Assembly (NCBI GenBank): GCA_029262035.1 | Contig: JAJDAE010000193.1 | Span: forward strand, 6,115 to 70,114 | Origin: Candidatus Zhuqueibacterota bacterium | GTDB taxonomy: Bacteria; Zhuqueibacterota; Zhuqueibacteria; Oceanimicrobiales; Oceanimicrobiaceae | DNA: 64,000 nt | Direction: 5' to 3' | Shown here: positions 33,744-44,120 of the stretch, piece by piece | How positions within the stretch are numbered: position 1 is the stretch's first letter | Layout of the letters: the number at the start of each line of letters is the position of its first letter | The notes under the pieces: generated by a model | Told to the model about the DNA's origin: nothing | The model's input: only the letters and a program-made list of their open reading frames with translations | Database searches by the model: none | Program-made: the position numbers and the translations under genes

Positions 33744-34280
33744 GTGTCTCGAGTAGGTAAAAAACCGATAGTTATACCGAGCGGTGTAGATATTAAAGTT
33801 GAAAAGAGTTTGGTTACAGTTTCTGGCACCAAAGGATCTCTATCGCAAAAAATACATGCGGACATGAAGCTAGAAAGTAAAGAGGGCGAAATTACAGTTA
33901 TAAGCCCGAATAACAGTAAGTACTTTCGTTCGTTGCATGGTTTGTATCGCAGTTTAATTGCTAATATGGTCGAAGGGGTTACGAACTCTTTTGAAAAGAA
34001 ATTGGAAATAGTTGGTGTTGGGTATAAAGCGGAAATGAAGAACCAAACGCTTAACCTGCAGCTCGGTTATTCACATGCCATTGTATTTCAACCACCTAAG
34101 GAGATTGAAATTAAGGCAGAAACCCCAACAAACATTTCTATAAGTGGAATTGATAAAGAATTAGTTGGACAAGTGGCTGCAAAGATTCGTTCTTTCAGGC
34201 CACCTGAACCTTACAAGGGCAAAGGCATAAAATATGCCAATGAGCAAATTCGAAGAAAAGCTGGTAAAACAGCAGCTTAA
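33744..34280 (+). CDS. rplF: 50S ribosomal protein L6
   Basis: (M)SRVGKKPIVIPSGVDIKV...PPEPYKGKGIKY... conserved uL6; GTG start after AGGAG. Confidence 0.97.
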   Translation: MSRVGKKPIVIPSGVDIKVEKSLVTVSGTKGSLSQKIHADMKLESKEGEITVISPNNSKYFRSLHGLYRSLIANMVEGVTNSFEKKLEIVGVGYKAEMKNQTLNLQLGYSHAIVFQPPKEIEIKAETPTNISISGIDKELVGQVAAKIRSFRPPEPYKGKGIKYANEQIRRKAGKTAA

Positions 34281-34304
34281 TTTATAATAAGTGCAAGGTA
34301 TCTC

Positions 34305-34679
34305 ATGTCGCAAAAAACACACCCAAGAGCAATAAAAAGAGCTCATAAAAAGGTTAGAATCAGAAAAAAACTGTTCGGTACGACAGAAAGACCGCGTTTG
34401 GCAGTTTTTCGTAGTTCTAAAAATATTTATGCCCAATTAATCGATGATGTTAAAAAGATAACGGTAGTCGGTGTTTCCACCTTAACTCCAGATCTTCGTA
34501 CTGATGCTGGTAAAGCTAAAAATAAATTGGATGCAGCCAAAATCGTTGGAAAAGCCATTGCAGAAAAGGCAAAATCTTTGAAGATAGAGAACGTAGTTTT
34601 TGATCGTGGTGGTTATTTGTATCATGGGCGTGTGAAAGCTCTGGCTGATGGTGCCAGAGAAAACGGATTGAAATTCTAA
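34305..34679 (+). CDS. rplR: 50S ribosomal protein L18
   Basis: ...[20 protein letters not shown]...[27 protein letters not shown] conserved uL18. Confidence 0.97.
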   Translation: MSQKTHPRAIKRAHKKVRIRKKLFGTTERPRLAVFRSSKNIYAQLIDDVKKITVVGVSTLTPDLRTDAGKAKNKLDAAKIVGKAIAEKAKSLKIENVVFDRGGYLYHGRVKALADGARENGLKF

Positions 34680-34694
34680 GTAACGGAGATTTCA

Positions 34695-35216
34695 TTGAAA
34701 GTAGCTAAAATTAATCCTGGTGAACTTGATTTAAAGGAACGTGTGATTCATATCAATCGAGTTGCCAAAGTTGTTAAAGGTGGCCGTCGCTTTAGCTTTA
34801 ATGCTATCGTTGTTGTTGGAGATGGTAATGGTCATGTTGGCACCGGTCTTGGTAAAGCGAATGAAGTTGTTAGCGCAATAGCCAAGGGCACCGAAAACGC
34901 TAAAAAGAATTTGATTCGGGTACCGATTGTCAAAGGTACTATTCCTCATGCTATTAAAGGCAAGTTTGGTGCTGGAAAAGTTTTTTTAAAACCGGCTTCC
35001 CCGGGTACGGGCGTTATAGCTGGTGGCGCTGTGCGAGCAATTGTTGAAGCTGCGGGTATTCAGGATATCCTGACAAAATCAATGGGTTCAGCAAATCCAC
35101 ATAATGTGGTAAAAGGTACTATGGTTGCTCTCCAAAGTTTGCTAGAGGTTGCTACTATAGCCAGGAAAAGAGGTTTGACAATTCAAGAAGTTTTTAATAA
35201 AACAATGACTGTATAA
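34695..35216 (+). CDS. rpsE: 30S ribosomal protein S5
   Basis: ...[36 protein letters not shown]... conserved uS5; TTG start after ACGGAG. Confidence 0.97.
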   Translation: MKVAKINPGELDLKERVIHINRVAKVVKGGRRFSFNAIVVVGDGNGHVGTGLGKANEVVSAIAKGTENAKKNLIRVPIVKGTIPHAIKGKFGAGKVFLKPASPGTGVIAGGAVRAIVEAAGIQDILTKSMGSANPHNVVKGTMVALQSLLEVATIARKRGLTIQEVFNKTMTV

Positions 35217-35218
35217 AA

Positions 35219-35407
35219 ATGGCTAAAATTAAAAAACTTAAAATTACGCAAACTAGAAGTTTAATTGGGCGTAATTCAAAACAAAAGAAAACTATCGAAG
35301 CACTTGGTCTAAGAAGAATTCACCATTCTGTAGAGCACAATGACACGCCTCAGATAAGGGGTATGCTCAATGTTGTAGGTCACATTGTAACTATCGATGA
35401 AGTTTAG
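35219..35407 (+). CDS. rpmD: 50S ribosomal protein L30
   Basis: [40 protein letters not shown]... conserved uL30. Confidence 0.96.
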   Translation: MAKIKKLKITQTRSLIGRNSKQKKTIEALGLRRIHHSVEHNDTPQIRGMLNVVGHIVTIDEV

Positions 35408-35419
35408 TTGAGGGAGATT

Positions 35420-35860
35420 ATGAATTTAGGTAGCTTAAAACCTTCACCAGGTTCCATAAAGAAAAGAAAGCGTGTTGGCCGTGGGCCGGGTTCTGGACAT
35501 GGCAAGACTTCTTGTCGTGGACATAAGGGTCAAAGATCACGTTCTGGTTCTAAAATAAGGCCTTGGTTTGAGGGTGGGCAAATGCCTTTGCAGAGGAGAG
35601 TCCCTAAAAGAGGCTTTACCAATATATTTAAAAAACAATTTCAGTTGGTTAATGTAAGAGATTTGGATAGAATCACCGGAAAAAAAGAAATTACTCCTGA
35701 AGTTTTGCTGAGTACTGGTCTTATAAATAAGAAAAGTATTCCAGTTAAAGTACTTGGTGATGGAGAAATAAAGAATTCTATCGAGATTTCTGCGCATGCG
35801 TTCAGTGCTTCTGCTAAAGAAAAGATTGAAAAAGCTGGCGGGAAGGTAACGATACTATGA
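35420..35860 (+). CDS. rplO: 50S ribosomal protein L15
   Basis: [38 protein letters not shown]... conserved uL15. ATG 35420 follows GAGGGAG; the ORF-track TTG 35408 overlaps that RBS. Confidence 0.97.
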   Translation: MNLGSLKPSPGSIKKRKRVGRGPGSGHGKTSCRGHKGQRSRSGSKIRPWFEGGQMPLQRRVPKRGFTNIFKKQFQLVNVRDLDRITGKKEITPEVLLSTGLINKKSIPVKVLGDGEIKNSIEISAHAFSASAKEKIEKAGGKVTIL

Positions 35861-37194
35861 TTCAAGGCTTTCAAAGTCTATTTAAAATTCCTGAATTAAA
35901 ACAAAGAATACTATTTACATTATTTATCCTCGTTGTTTATAGAATTGGTGGTCATATGCCAATTCCCGGGATTAATAGTGAAGCTCTAATCGCATTTTTC
36001 GATGAAGCAAGCCAGGGACGAGGTTTATTAAGCCTCTATGATCTGTTTGCAGGTGGTGCCTTTCGTAGGGCCACCATCTTTGCTTTGGGAATAATGCCTT
36101 ATATCTCTGCATCTATTATTATTCAATTATTAGGTGCTGTAGTTCCTTATTTTCAGAAACTGCAAAAGGAAGGCCCTGAAGGTCAAAAGAAAATCACCCA
36201 GTATACCCGCTATGGCACACTTTTGATTTCGACACTCCAGGCTTATGGTGTTGCTGTGTTTTTGGAAAATATTCCAAGCACAAACCTGGGACTTCTGGTC
36301 GTACCGGATCCGGGTTGGAGTTTCCGTATTTTGACGTTAATCACTCTTGGTGCAGGTACCATTTTAATAATGTGGCTTGGTGAACAAATAACAGAACGTG
36401 GTATAGGTAATGGTATTTCGCTTATTATTTTTATCGGAATTGTTGCAACGTTCCCCAATGCTGTGTTGGATGAATTCCAACAGATTGTTAGTGGAAATCG
36501 TGCCATTTTAGTTGAAGTGATTTTAATGGGCGTAATGGCCTTGACAATCGCCGCTGTTGTAGCACTAACACAAGGAACCAGAAAAATACCTGTTCAATAT
36601 GCAAAAAGAGTTGTTGGAAGAAAAGTCTATGGTGGACAGAGTACACATATTCCATTAAAGGTAAATACTGCTGGTGTTATGCCTATTATTTTCGCACAAT
36701 CAATAATGTTTGTGCCACAAACGGTTTTAAACTTTTTTCCAAATAATGATTTTATGAGCCAGATGTCAAGATATTTTGATTATCAATCAATCGTATATTG
36801 GATTATTTTTGGTTTATTGATTGTATTTTTCACTTATTTTTATACAGCTATAGCCTTTAACCCTGTTGATGTCGCGGATAACATGAAGAAACACGGTGGG
36901 TTTATCCCTGGTGTAAGACCCGGTAAAAAAACTGCCGAGTTTATCGACAATATTTTAACAAGGATAACTTTACCAGGGTCAATTGGCCTGGCAATTGTTG
37001 CTGTGTTCCCTTATATCATTACTAAGTTTGTGAATGTTTCCTTTAGTTTTGCATCTTTTTTCGGAGGGACATCCCTCTTGATTATTGTTGGTGTCGCTTT
37101 GGATACTTTACAACAACTTGAGTCTCATTTGCTCATGCGTCACTATGATGGTTTTATGAAGAGCGGGAAAGTTAAGGGAAGGCGTAGATTTTAA
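35857..37194 (+). CDS. secY: Preprotein translocase subunit SecY
   Basis: 445 aa, 10 predicted TM segments; ...[19 protein letters not shown]..., ...[16 protein letters not shown]..., ...[13 protein letters not shown]... Confidence 0.98.
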   Translation: MIQGFQSLFKIPELKQRILFTLFILVVYRIGGHMPIPGINSEALIAFFDEASQGRGLLSLYDLFAGGAFRRATIFALGIMPYISASIIIQLLGAVVPYFQKLQKEGPEGQKKITQYTRYGTLLISTLQAYGVAVFLENIPSTNLGLLVVPDPGWSFRILTLITLGAGTILIMWLGEQITERGIGNGISLIIFIGIVATFPNAVLDEFQQIVSGNRAILVEVILMGVMALTIAAVVALTQGTRKIPVQYAKRVVGRKVYGGQSTHIPLKVNTAGVMPIIFAQSIMFVPQTVLNFFPNNDFMSQMSRYFDYQSIVYWIIFGLLIVFFTYFYTAIAFNPVDVADNMKKHGGFIPGVRPGKKTAEFIDNILTRITLPGSIGLAIVAVFPYIITKFVNVSFSFASFFGGTSLLIIVGVALDTLQQLESHLLMRHYDGFMKSGKVKGRRRF

Positions 37195-37195
37195 G

Positions 37196-37945
37196 TTGAT
37201 CAATATTCGAAGTGCAAAAGAAGTTGACTTAATACGCCAGAGCTGTACTATGGTAGTTGAGGCGTTGGATTTAGCTGAAAGTCTTATTCAGCCAGGTATA
37301 ACTACTTTTGAGATTGATAAAGCTATTGAGCAGTTTATAGAATCTAAAGGTGCGAAACCCGCATTTAAGGGCTATAATGGGTTCCCTGCTAGTTCATGTA
37401 TTTCTGTGGAAAATGAAGTTGTGCATGGAATACCTGGAAATAGGACGCTAAACGAGGGTGAAATTGTAAGCGTCGATGTAGGCGTTTATTTTCAGGGTTT
37501 TTTTGGTGATAGTGCAAGAACAATTGCTGTTGGTGAAATCTCTGCGGATAAACAAAAATTAATGGATGTAACACAAAGTTCTCTTCAGAAAGGACTTAAT
37601 AAAGCTTCATCTGGAGCTAGACTTTCGGATATTTCACATGCGATTCAGAAAACTGTTGAAGCTGCAAATTATTCGGTGGTAAGAGATTTAGTGGGTCATG
37701 GTATAGGTCGTAAATTACATGAAGATCCCCAAATACCCAATTATGGTAACCCTAATGCTGGCCCAAGATTGAGAACGGGTATGGTGCTTGCAATTGAACC
37801 TATGGTTAATATGGGGACATATGAAGTCAAAACGCAGTCGGACGATTGGACTGTTGTAACAGCTGATGGTTTGCCTTCAGCTCATTTTGAACATACGGTA
37901 GTGGTTACTGATAACGGTCCTGAAATTTTAACCTTGGCAAATTGA
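37196..37945 (+). CDS. map: Type I methionine aminopeptidase
   Basis: ...VHGIPG...VSVDVGV...GDSARTI...GHGIG...LAIEPM...EHTV... metal-ligand pattern; TTG start; directly after secY (no adk). Confidence 0.95.
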   Translation: MINIRSAKEVDLIRQSCTMVVEALDLAESLIQPGITTFEIDKAIEQFIESKGAKPAFKGYNGFPASSCISVENEVVHGIPGNRTLNEGEIVSVDVGVYFQGFFGDSARTIAVGEISADKQKLMDVTQSSLQKGLNKASSGARLSDISHAIQKTVEAANYSVVRDLVGHGIGRKLHEDPQIPNYGNPNAGPRLRTGMVLAIEPMVNMGTYEVKTQSDDWTVVTADGLPSAHFEHTVVVTDNGPEILTLAN

Positions 37946-37950
37946 GTGAT

Positions 37951-38169
37951 ATGGCGAAAGAAGCAGCAATAAAAGTCGACGGAACTATTTTAGAAACATT
38001 ACCCAATGCAACTTTTCGTGTTGAATTAGAAAATGGCCATAAAGTGCTCGCGCATATTTCAGGAAAAATGAGAATGCATTTTATTAAAATTCTACCAGGA
38101 GATAAAGTAACACTTGAGCTGTCTCCGTATGATTTAAGTCGTGGAAGAATTATTTATAGATATAAGTGA
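37951..38169 (+). CDS. infA: Translation initiation factor IF-1
   Basis: [53 protein letters not shown]... conserved S1-like IF-1. Confidence 0.97.
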   Translation: MAKEAAIKVDGTILETLPNATFRVELENGHKVLAHISGKMRMHFIKILPGDKVTLELSPYDLSRGRIIYRYK

Positions 38170-38176
38170 GAATGGT

Positions 38177-38290
38177 ATGAAAGTTCGTTCATCGTTAAAA
38201 CGTATTTGTGATAATTGTAAAATAATTCGAAGAAAAGGTCGGGTTATCGTTATCTGTAAAAATCCTCGTCATAAGCAAAGACAAGGATAA
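38177..38290 (+). CDS. rpmJ: 50S ribosomal protein L36 (zinc type)
   Basis: 37-aa ORF missed by the ORF track: [37 protein letters not shown]. Confidence 0.96.
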   Translation: MKVRSSLKRICDNCKIIRRKGRVIVICKNPRHKQRQG

Positions 38291-38314
38291 TCTTTATAAA
38301 GTTGGAGGTTTACT

Positions 38315-38683
38315 TTGGCCAGAATATCTGGGATTGATTTACCAAAAGAAAAGCGTGTTGTGATTGGTTTAACTTATATTTTCGGTATTGGTCTAACCAG
38401 TTCTAAAAATATTTTACGTGAAGCAAGCGTCGATGAAAGTATCCGCGTTAAAGATCTTTCCAATGATGATGTTGCTAAGATTAGAGCGATTATAATAAAG
38501 AGCTACAGAGTGGAAGGTGTGCTGCGTACGGAAGTGACTATGAATATAAAGCGTCTTATGGACATTGGATGCTACCGTGGATTAAGACATCGAAGAGGTC
38601 TACCGGTTCGTGGGCAGAGAACCCATACAAATGCTCGTACACGCAGGGGACGTAGAGCCGGCATTAGCGGTGGACGTAAATAG
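38315..38683 (+). CDS. rpsM: 30S ribosomal protein S13
   Basis: (M)[25 protein letters not shown]...[21 protein letters not shown]... conserved uS13; TTG start 6 nt after GGAGG. Confidence 0.98.
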   Translation: MARISGIDLPKEKRVVIGLTYIFGIGLTSSKNILREASVDESIRVKDLSNDDVAKIRAIIIKSYRVEGVLRTEVTMNIKRLMDIGCYRGLRHRRGLPVRGQRTHTNARTRRGRRAGISGGRK

Positions 38684-38717
38684 ATTAGACAATTAAATTC
38701 AAACAAGGTTATAGAAA

Positions 38718-39107
38718 ATGGCCACCTCAAAGAAATCTAAAACAAAAAAGAAAGAAAAAGTAGAATCCAACGGCGTTGCTCATATTAAGGCTACTTTCAA
38801 CAATACTATCGTGTCATTAACAGATCAATATGGCAACGTAATTTCCTGGGCTTCTGCCGGAAAGATTGGTTTTAAGGGTTCTAGGAAAAGTACTCCTTTT
38901 GCTGCACAGCTTTCTGCGGAAACTGCTGCTAAAGAGGCTAAGGAATTAGGGTTACAAAGGGTAGAGGTTCTTATTAAGGGACCGGGTGCCGGTAGGGAAT
39001 CAGCCGTGAGAGCGCTTCAGGCTGCAGGGTTAGAAATAACAGCAATAAAAGATGTTACACCCATTCCGCATAATGGTTGCCGTCCACCCAAGAGAAGAAG
39101 AGTATAA
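38718..39107 (+). CDS. rpsK: 30S ribosomal protein S11
   Basis: ...[30 protein letters not shown]...[11 protein letters not shown]...[15 protein letters not shown] conserved uS11. Confidence 0.98.
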   Translation: MATSKKSKTKKKEKVESNGVAHIKATFNNTIVSLTDQYGNVISWASAGKIGFKGSRKSTPFAAQLSAETAAKEAKELGLQRVEVLIKGPGAGRESAVRALQAAGLEITAIKDVTPIPHNGCRPPKRRRV

Positions 39108-39130
39108 TAATATTGGAGGTTTTATAATTA

Positions 39131-39760
39131 ATGGCTAGATATACAGGCCCTGTCTGCAAACTTTGCCGCCGAGAAGGACAGAAACTATTTTTAAAGGGTT
39201 CCAAGTGTACCACACCTAAATGTCCGATTGAGAAAAAGGCTTACCCACCCGGACAACATGGTACACGTAGGCGTTTTAAGCAATCAGAATATGGCATACA
39301 GTTGCGTGAAAAACAAAAAGTTAGAAGGATGTATGGCCTCTTAGAAACCCAATTCCACAATTATTTTGTAAAGGCGGAAAATGCTAAGGGTATAACTAGT
39401 GAGGTGCTATTGCAGTTGCTCGAACGGCGTATGGATAATGTTGTTTATCGTTTGGGATTTGCTCCTTCTCGTAAAACTGCCAGACAATTGGTTTTACATA
39501 GACATTTTACGGTAAACGAAAAATCTGTTAATATTGCGTCCTATATTTTAAAGCCGGGCGATACTATTCAGGTTAAGAATAAAAGTAAAAAGCTTGATGT
39601 CATTCATAGCTCAATGAAAAAAATTCGCGATGGTAAGTTACTACCTTGGCTAGATCTGGATAAAGCTGGAATGAAAGGGACTTTATTAAGCAATCCTGCC
39701 AGAGCAGATATTCCTCTGGAAGTTAATGAATCGTTAATTGTTGAGTTGTATTCAAAGTAA
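39131..39760 (+). CDS. rpsD: 30S ribosomal protein S4
   Basis: MARYTGPVCKLCRREGQKLFLKGSKC...SEYGIQLREKQKVRRMYG... conserved uS4 with zinc-finger-like CxxC...C...C. Confidence 0.98.
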   Translation: MARYTGPVCKLCRREGQKLFLKGSKCTTPKCPIEKKAYPPGQHGTRRRFKQSEYGIQLREKQKVRRMYGLLETQFHNYFVKAENAKGITSEVLLQLLERRMDNVVYRLGFAPSRKTARQLVLHRHFTVNEKSVNIASYILKPGDTIQVKNKSKKLDVIHSSMKKIRDGKLLPWLDLDKAGMKGTLLSNPARADIPLEVNESLIVELYSK

Positions 39761-39796
39761 TTCTTTTTAATTAGTTAGTAATGGAGATTTTAGAAT

Positions 39797-40783
39797 ATGA
39801 ATTGGCCTAATCTTCAAATGCCGGAAAGCATTGAAATTGATGATACTTCTTATTCCAATACTTATGGTAAGTTTGTATTACAACCTTTAGAGAGGGGATT
39901 TGGCGTTACCATTGGTAATTCACTTCGCAGGATATTATTGTCGTCATTACCAGGCGCGGCAATATCTATGTTTAAGATCGATGAAGTTTTGCACGAGTTC
40001 TCAACAATAGATGGTGTTGCCGAGGATGTTGCAGATATGGTTTTAAACTTGAAAGAAGTAAGATTTAAATTGGTTAGTAAGCGTCCTGAAAAAGTTGTCG
40101 TTCATCTTGAAGGCCCCGGGGATTTTATGGCGGGGGATATACAGAATGGTTCCACCGAATTTGAAGTTTTAAATCCGGATAAGCACATTGCAACCTTAAA
40201 TAAGGATGCAAATTTTGATATTGAGTTGAGAATTTCTCGCGGACATGGCTATGTTCCTGCTGAGGAAAATAAAATTCCTGATCAACCGATTGGTGCCGTG
40301 CCTATTGATTCAATTTTTACACCTGTAAGAAAGGTAACTTACAAAATCGAGAATACCAGGTTAGGGGATCGGACTGATTACGAAAAATTGATTCTTGATG
40401 TAGAGACAGATGGCAGTATAACACCTGATGATGCGCTTACATACGCTGCAAAAATTTTGAAAGATCATATTCAGTTATTTATTAACTTTGATATTGAACC
40501 TGAAGAGGAAGAACCTGCTGAAGTTGATGAAGAGGTTTTGCAGGTTCGTAAACTGCTCAAAATGCCTGTAGATGAATTAGAACTTTCTGTCCGGTCATAT
40601 AATTGCCTGATGGCAGCTAATATTAAAACTATCGGGGATCTTGTGCGACGTGATGAGCCAGAGATGTTGAAGTTTAGAAATTTTGGTAGAAAGTCTTTAC
40701 AGGAATTGCACAAAATTCTTGATGAAAAGAAGCTGCAATTTGGGATGAATGTTGAAAAGTACCTCAAAGGCGATAGTGAATAA
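39797..40783 (+). CDS. rpoA: DNA-directed RNA polymerase subunit alpha
   Basis: ...[30 protein letters not shown]..., C-terminal domain ...[22 protein letters not shown]... Confidence 0.98.
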   Translation: MNWPNLQMPESIEIDDTSYSNTYGKFVLQPLERGFGVTIGNSLRRILLSSLPGAAISMFKIDEVLHEFSTIDGVAEDVADMVLNLKEVRFKLVSKRPEKVVVHLEGPGDFMAGDIQNGSTEFEVLNPDKHIATLNKDANFDIELRISRGHGYVPAEENKIPDQPIGAVPIDSIFTPVRKVTYKIENTRLGDRTDYEKLILDVETDGSITPDDALTYAAKILKDHIQLFINFDIEPEEEEPAEVDEEVLQVRKLLKMPVDELELSVRSYNCLMAANIKTIGDLVRRDEPEMLKFRNFGRKSLQELHKILDEKKLQFGMNVEKYLKGDSE

Positions 40784-40794
40784 AGGAAGATAAG

Positions 40795-41259
40795 ATGCGT
40801 CATAGAAAATCATTTAAAAAATTAGGCCGAAATCCAAGCCATAGAAAGGCGTTGGTCTCGAATGTAGCAACTGCCCTATTTGAGCACAAGAGAATTAAGA
40901 CAACCACAGTGAAAGCTAAGGAAATTCGTCGTACAGTTGAAAAGTTGATCACTTTTGCAAAAAGTGGCTCTTTGGCGGATCGGCGGCAAGTGCTCAGAAA
41001 AATTCGTGACAAACGGATCGTTAAAATTCTATTTGATGAGATTGGGCCGATGTATAAAGAGCGCTCAGGTGGTTACACACGTGTTATTAAATTAGGTCGT
41101 CGTCGTGGTGACGGCGCTGAACTTGCCCTGCTTGAATTGGTTGGATTTGAAGGCGTTCTTCTTGACAGACAAAAAGAAAAAGAAGATGCTCGTGCTAAGA
41201 AGGAAGAAGATAAGGCCAAGGAAGAGGAAGAGAAAAAGGAAGAAGCTGCCGCAGAGTAG
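40795..41259 (+). CDS. rplQ: 50S ribosomal protein L17 (with Lys/Glu-rich C-terminal tail)
   Basis: [37 protein letters not shown]... conserved bL17; last ~30 aa [28 protein letters not shown]. Confidence 0.97.
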   Translation: MRHRKSFKKLGRNPSHRKALVSNVATALFEHKRIKTTTVKAKEIRRTVEKLITFAKSGSLADRRQVLRKIRDKRIVKILFDEIGPMYKERSGGYTRVIKLGRRRGDGAELALLELVGFEGVLLDRQKEKEDARAKKEEDKAKEEEEKKEEAAAE

Positions 41260-41289
41260 TTTTTCCTAACGCTCATATTTGATTTTAAG

Positions 41290-41323
41290 AGCCGATTGTC
41301 TATATATTGCAGTCGGCTTTTTT
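41290..41323 (+). terminator. Rho-independent terminator after rplQ (first of two)
   Basis: AGCCGATTG (41290-41298) pairs with CAGTCGGCT (41310-41318), 9 bp with one G-U, followed by TTTTTT. Confidence 0.7.
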
Positions 41324-41325
41324 AG

Positions 41326-41353
41326 TATCAGGCCAAGGGGACTGATATTTTTT
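41326..41353 (+). terminator. Second, weaker terminator-like hairpin after rplQ
   Basis: TATCAG (41326-41331), 10-nt loop, CTGATA (41342-41347), then TTTTTT (41348-41353). Confidence 0.4.
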
Positions 41354-41548
41354 GACATTTTATTTTGTTTGATTGTTATTCTTAATAGCGGAACTTATTT
41401 AAAGTTTTGCAGTAGGAAAAAGCTGATTCCATTATCTTGTTACTCTTTGAGTAATGCTCAAGAAAGTGGTGGTTATTTCACACTATAAGTCAGTGTGCTG
41501 ATTTCTAAAACTAAATTGAATTTAAAGTTGAGGAAAAATTTTTAAATT

Positions 41549-42742
41549 ATGGAATGCTTTAGATTTTTGGTTGTTAATTCAATGCTGGTATTTATCCTGT
41601 TGCTTTCGGGGTGCCGCAGTGATAAATCCATTGATGGGTTTGATTTGGTTTCTAATCCAAGTGGTATTGGCAGCGTTGATAGTAAAATTATTTTAACTTC
41701 GATACAAGCAACTTTTGATGATACGGTTAGCTCGACTGGTGCAAGTCAATTTCTTGAAATAGGACAGTCAGGCAATGTTAAAACATTTAGCCTACTCAAA
41801 TTTGATACAATTTCCGATACAGCCACAATACTTAATGCCAAATTAATCTTAAATACAAATACTTTATTTACAGACGGAAGCAATAAATCTACGTTTACTG
41901 CTTCCGTACATCAGATTTCAGAAAATTGGCAGGACGCAACTGTAACTTACGAAACACGTCCGGATTTTGATATGAGTGCATTGTCAAGCACAACTATCAT
42001 TTCTGCAACGGCTTCTACTGGAGGAACGGATTCTCTTTTTACTGAGGTAATATCTTTTGAGTTCGAAACTGCCGGCATTGAGTTGATCGAGAGTTGGAAA
42101 GATACACTAAACGATAACTTTGGATTTTTTATTAGTCACGAAAATAGCAACTTTATAAAAGAGTTTTTTTCGGAAAATAGTGGTATTAACCAGCCGAGGC
42201 TGGAGTTAGAAATTGAAAGTTCAACTGGAAAAGACACAGTTTTAGTTGTTGCCTCTGAAGATGCATTTATCGTTGAGCAAATCTCTCCACTATCAGAAGG
42301 CCCGTTGTATCTCGACAATATTTTTACCAATGCAACTGTTTTGAAGTTTGACCTTTCTGATATTTCAAGAGAAACAGTTGTAAACGATGCCGTACTTAAG
42401 CTCGATTTTTTAGAAGATTTATCTGTCATAAAAGCCAGTGGTTTCACATATCGTATTGATCTGCTTACAGAACCGTTTACCGGAATGGAGAGTGTTGAAA
42501 TTGATTCGAGTTTTTCTCCAATATTTGATATTATCAACACCACCGTAAATCCATCCACTGTTTCAATGAACAGGCTGCTTCAATTTTGGCTAACCGAAGA
42601 CTTAGAAAACCATGGTATTTTAATACGCGCCCTTGCGCCGGGATCGGATATTTCCAAAGTTGCCTTGCATTCAAATAGTACCAATGCAGGTTTAGCGCCA
42701 AGAATTGAGGCTATCATTTCATCCGCTGGTCTGGGTAATTAA
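41549..42742 (+). CDS. Lipoprotein with two DNRLRE-like repeats
   Basis: Lipobox LLLSGC. There are two ~170-aa repeats. The first reads ...FSLLKFD...ILNAKLIL...V..ISENWQDATVTYETRP...NFGFFIS...PRLELEI. The second reads ...VLKFDLSDIS...VNDAVLKLDF...NHGILIRA...APRIEAI. The family call is from memory of the DNRLRE consensus. Confidence 0.6.
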   Translation: MECFRFLVVNSMLVFILLLSGCRSDKSIDGFDLVSNPSGIGSVDSKIILTSIQATFDDTVSSTGASQFLEIGQSGNVKTFSLLKFDTISDTATILNAKLILNTNTLFTDGSNKSTFTASVHQISENWQDATVTYETRPDFDMSALSSTTIISATASTGGTDSLFTEVISFEFETAGIELIESWKDTLNDNFGFFISHENSNFIKEFFSENSGINQPRLELEIESSTGKDTVLVVASEDAFIVEQISPLSEGPLYLDNIFTNATVLKFDLSDISRETVVNDAVLKLDFLEDLSVIKASGFTYRIDLLTEPFTGMESVEIDSSFSPIFDIINTTVNPSTVSMNRLLQFWLTEDLENHGILIRALAPGSDISKVALHSNSTNAGLAPRIEAIISSAGLGN

Positions 42743-42760
42743 TATAGTGAGAATGTATCA

Positions 42761-43972
42761 ATGAAGACTACCTTGAAAAAAATAAGTATCCTTTTTATTC
42801 TAATTGTTTCGACAAATATTTGTCTTGCCCAATCGTTCTATTCGCAAAAGGGATTGGGGTTAGTAAATTATTTTGTAAGTGGTAGAAGTGAAGGCATGGG
42901 CGGCGTCGGATTGGCTTCAACAGATAAACTTTCTGTGAATTTTTTAAATCCTGCAGCGCTCACAAATTTATCAATTACATTTATTTCTGGTGAGTTTCGA
43001 CATGAAGCTACCGGGTTGGATAGCGATGCGCAAGATGCCTCTTTTTCTGATACGAATGTGATGGGTGCACAATTCCATATTCCATTAAAGAATGAAAAGA
43101 TGTCTCTGGCTCTCGGATTGATGCCATATAGCACGATTGATTACTCTTTTGAGAGAACCGGCTCTGTTGATGGGTTTGTTTATGATGATTTTTTGTCTGG
43201 TGATGGGGGTATCAATACAGCTTTTCTTAGTTTTGCATTCAAACCATTTAATCGCCTATCACTTGGCGCAACGGGTTTGTTTTATTTCGGATCTTTACGG
43301 TACATTGAGCGTGTTGTTTTCCCCAGTAGCGCCGGCTACGTTAATACACAGTATGAAATTTCTGATGAATTTACATCATCCAATATTAGGCTGGGTATGC
43401 AATTTAAAGCCTCGCCTTCGTGGACAATTGGCGCCGTCATTACACCATCCTTATCTTCTGAAGGTAATAAATCAGTGTTTTTAGAGAATATAGCTGATTT
43501 AGAGGACCTACAAACAGTTAAGCTTGAAATACCTTTGTCCATAGGTGTTGGCACAAATGTATTTGTAACCAAGAAGTTTTTGATTGGTTTGGATTACTAC
43601 GTCCAAAAGTGGGGTAATGTTGGAGTTAACGGGTATAATAGCGATAGCCAGCGGTTAAGCTTTGGAGCTGAGTTCTCAGGTAGAGGAAATACCATAACAA
43701 GTTCTTACTGGAGCCGCGTGGCGCTGCGAGCCGGTTTTTATTATAGCAATTTAGGTCTTGAGGATCCTGTCGGTGAATCTGTTACAGAAAAGTTTGTTAC
43801 TTTTGGCCTGGGTTTACCGATTAAGTGGAGTGCCGGCCGAATAGATTTATCAGTTGCGCTGGGTCAAAGGGGAACCCTTTCAAAGAATCCGTTTAAGGAA
43901 AATGTTGCACGGGTCAGTGCGACTGTAACAGTTGGTGAAAGATGGTTCTTTCGTAAGCCTGCTGGCCGATAG
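42761..43972 (+). CDS. Outer-membrane beta-barrel protein, FadL/TodX-like
   Basis: Signal peptide ...NICLAQ; N-terminal ...GRSEGMGGVGLASTDKLSVNFLNPAAL... resembles the FadL-family plug/NPA motif; alternating beta-strand pattern throughout. Confidence 0.55.
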   Translation: MKTTLKKISILFILIVSTNICLAQSFYSQKGLGLVNYFVSGRSEGMGGVGLASTDKLSVNFLNPAALTNLSITFISGEFRHEATGLDSDAQDASFSDTNVMGAQFHIPLKNEKMSLALGLMPYSTIDYSFERTGSVDGFVYDDFLSGDGGINTAFLSFAFKPFNRLSLGATGLFYFGSLRYIERVVFPSSAGYVNTQYEISDEFTSSNIRLGMQFKASPSWTIGAVITPSLSSEGNKSVFLENIADLEDLQTVKLEIPLSIGVGTNVFVTKKFLIGLDYYVQKWGNVGVNGYNSDSQRLSFGAEFSGRGNTITSSYWSRVALRAGFYYSNLGLEDPVGESVTEKFVTFGLGLPIKWSAGRIDLSVALGQRGTLSKNPFKENVARVSATVTVGERWFFRKPAGR

Positions 43973-44120
43973 TTAGGTGAAATTCCCTTGCATTTTTATC
44001 AAATTATTACTATGATTTTACATCTTATTAGAAAGTCCAACCACTGAACCAGATTATCATTTTTAAGCAAACTGGTAATCCTCAAAAATCGAAATAAATT
44101 TTCCTGGGAGGGTATTTATT

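Noticed and set aside
35857-37945. Absence of adk between secY and map
   Set aside because: This is a known lineage-dependent variation of the spc operon end. It is not evidence of deletion or novelty on its own.
41279-41488. 69-aa + strand ORF after rplQ
   Set aside because: It starts inside and reads through two terminator hairpins, with a TTG start, no RBS and a junk-like translation.
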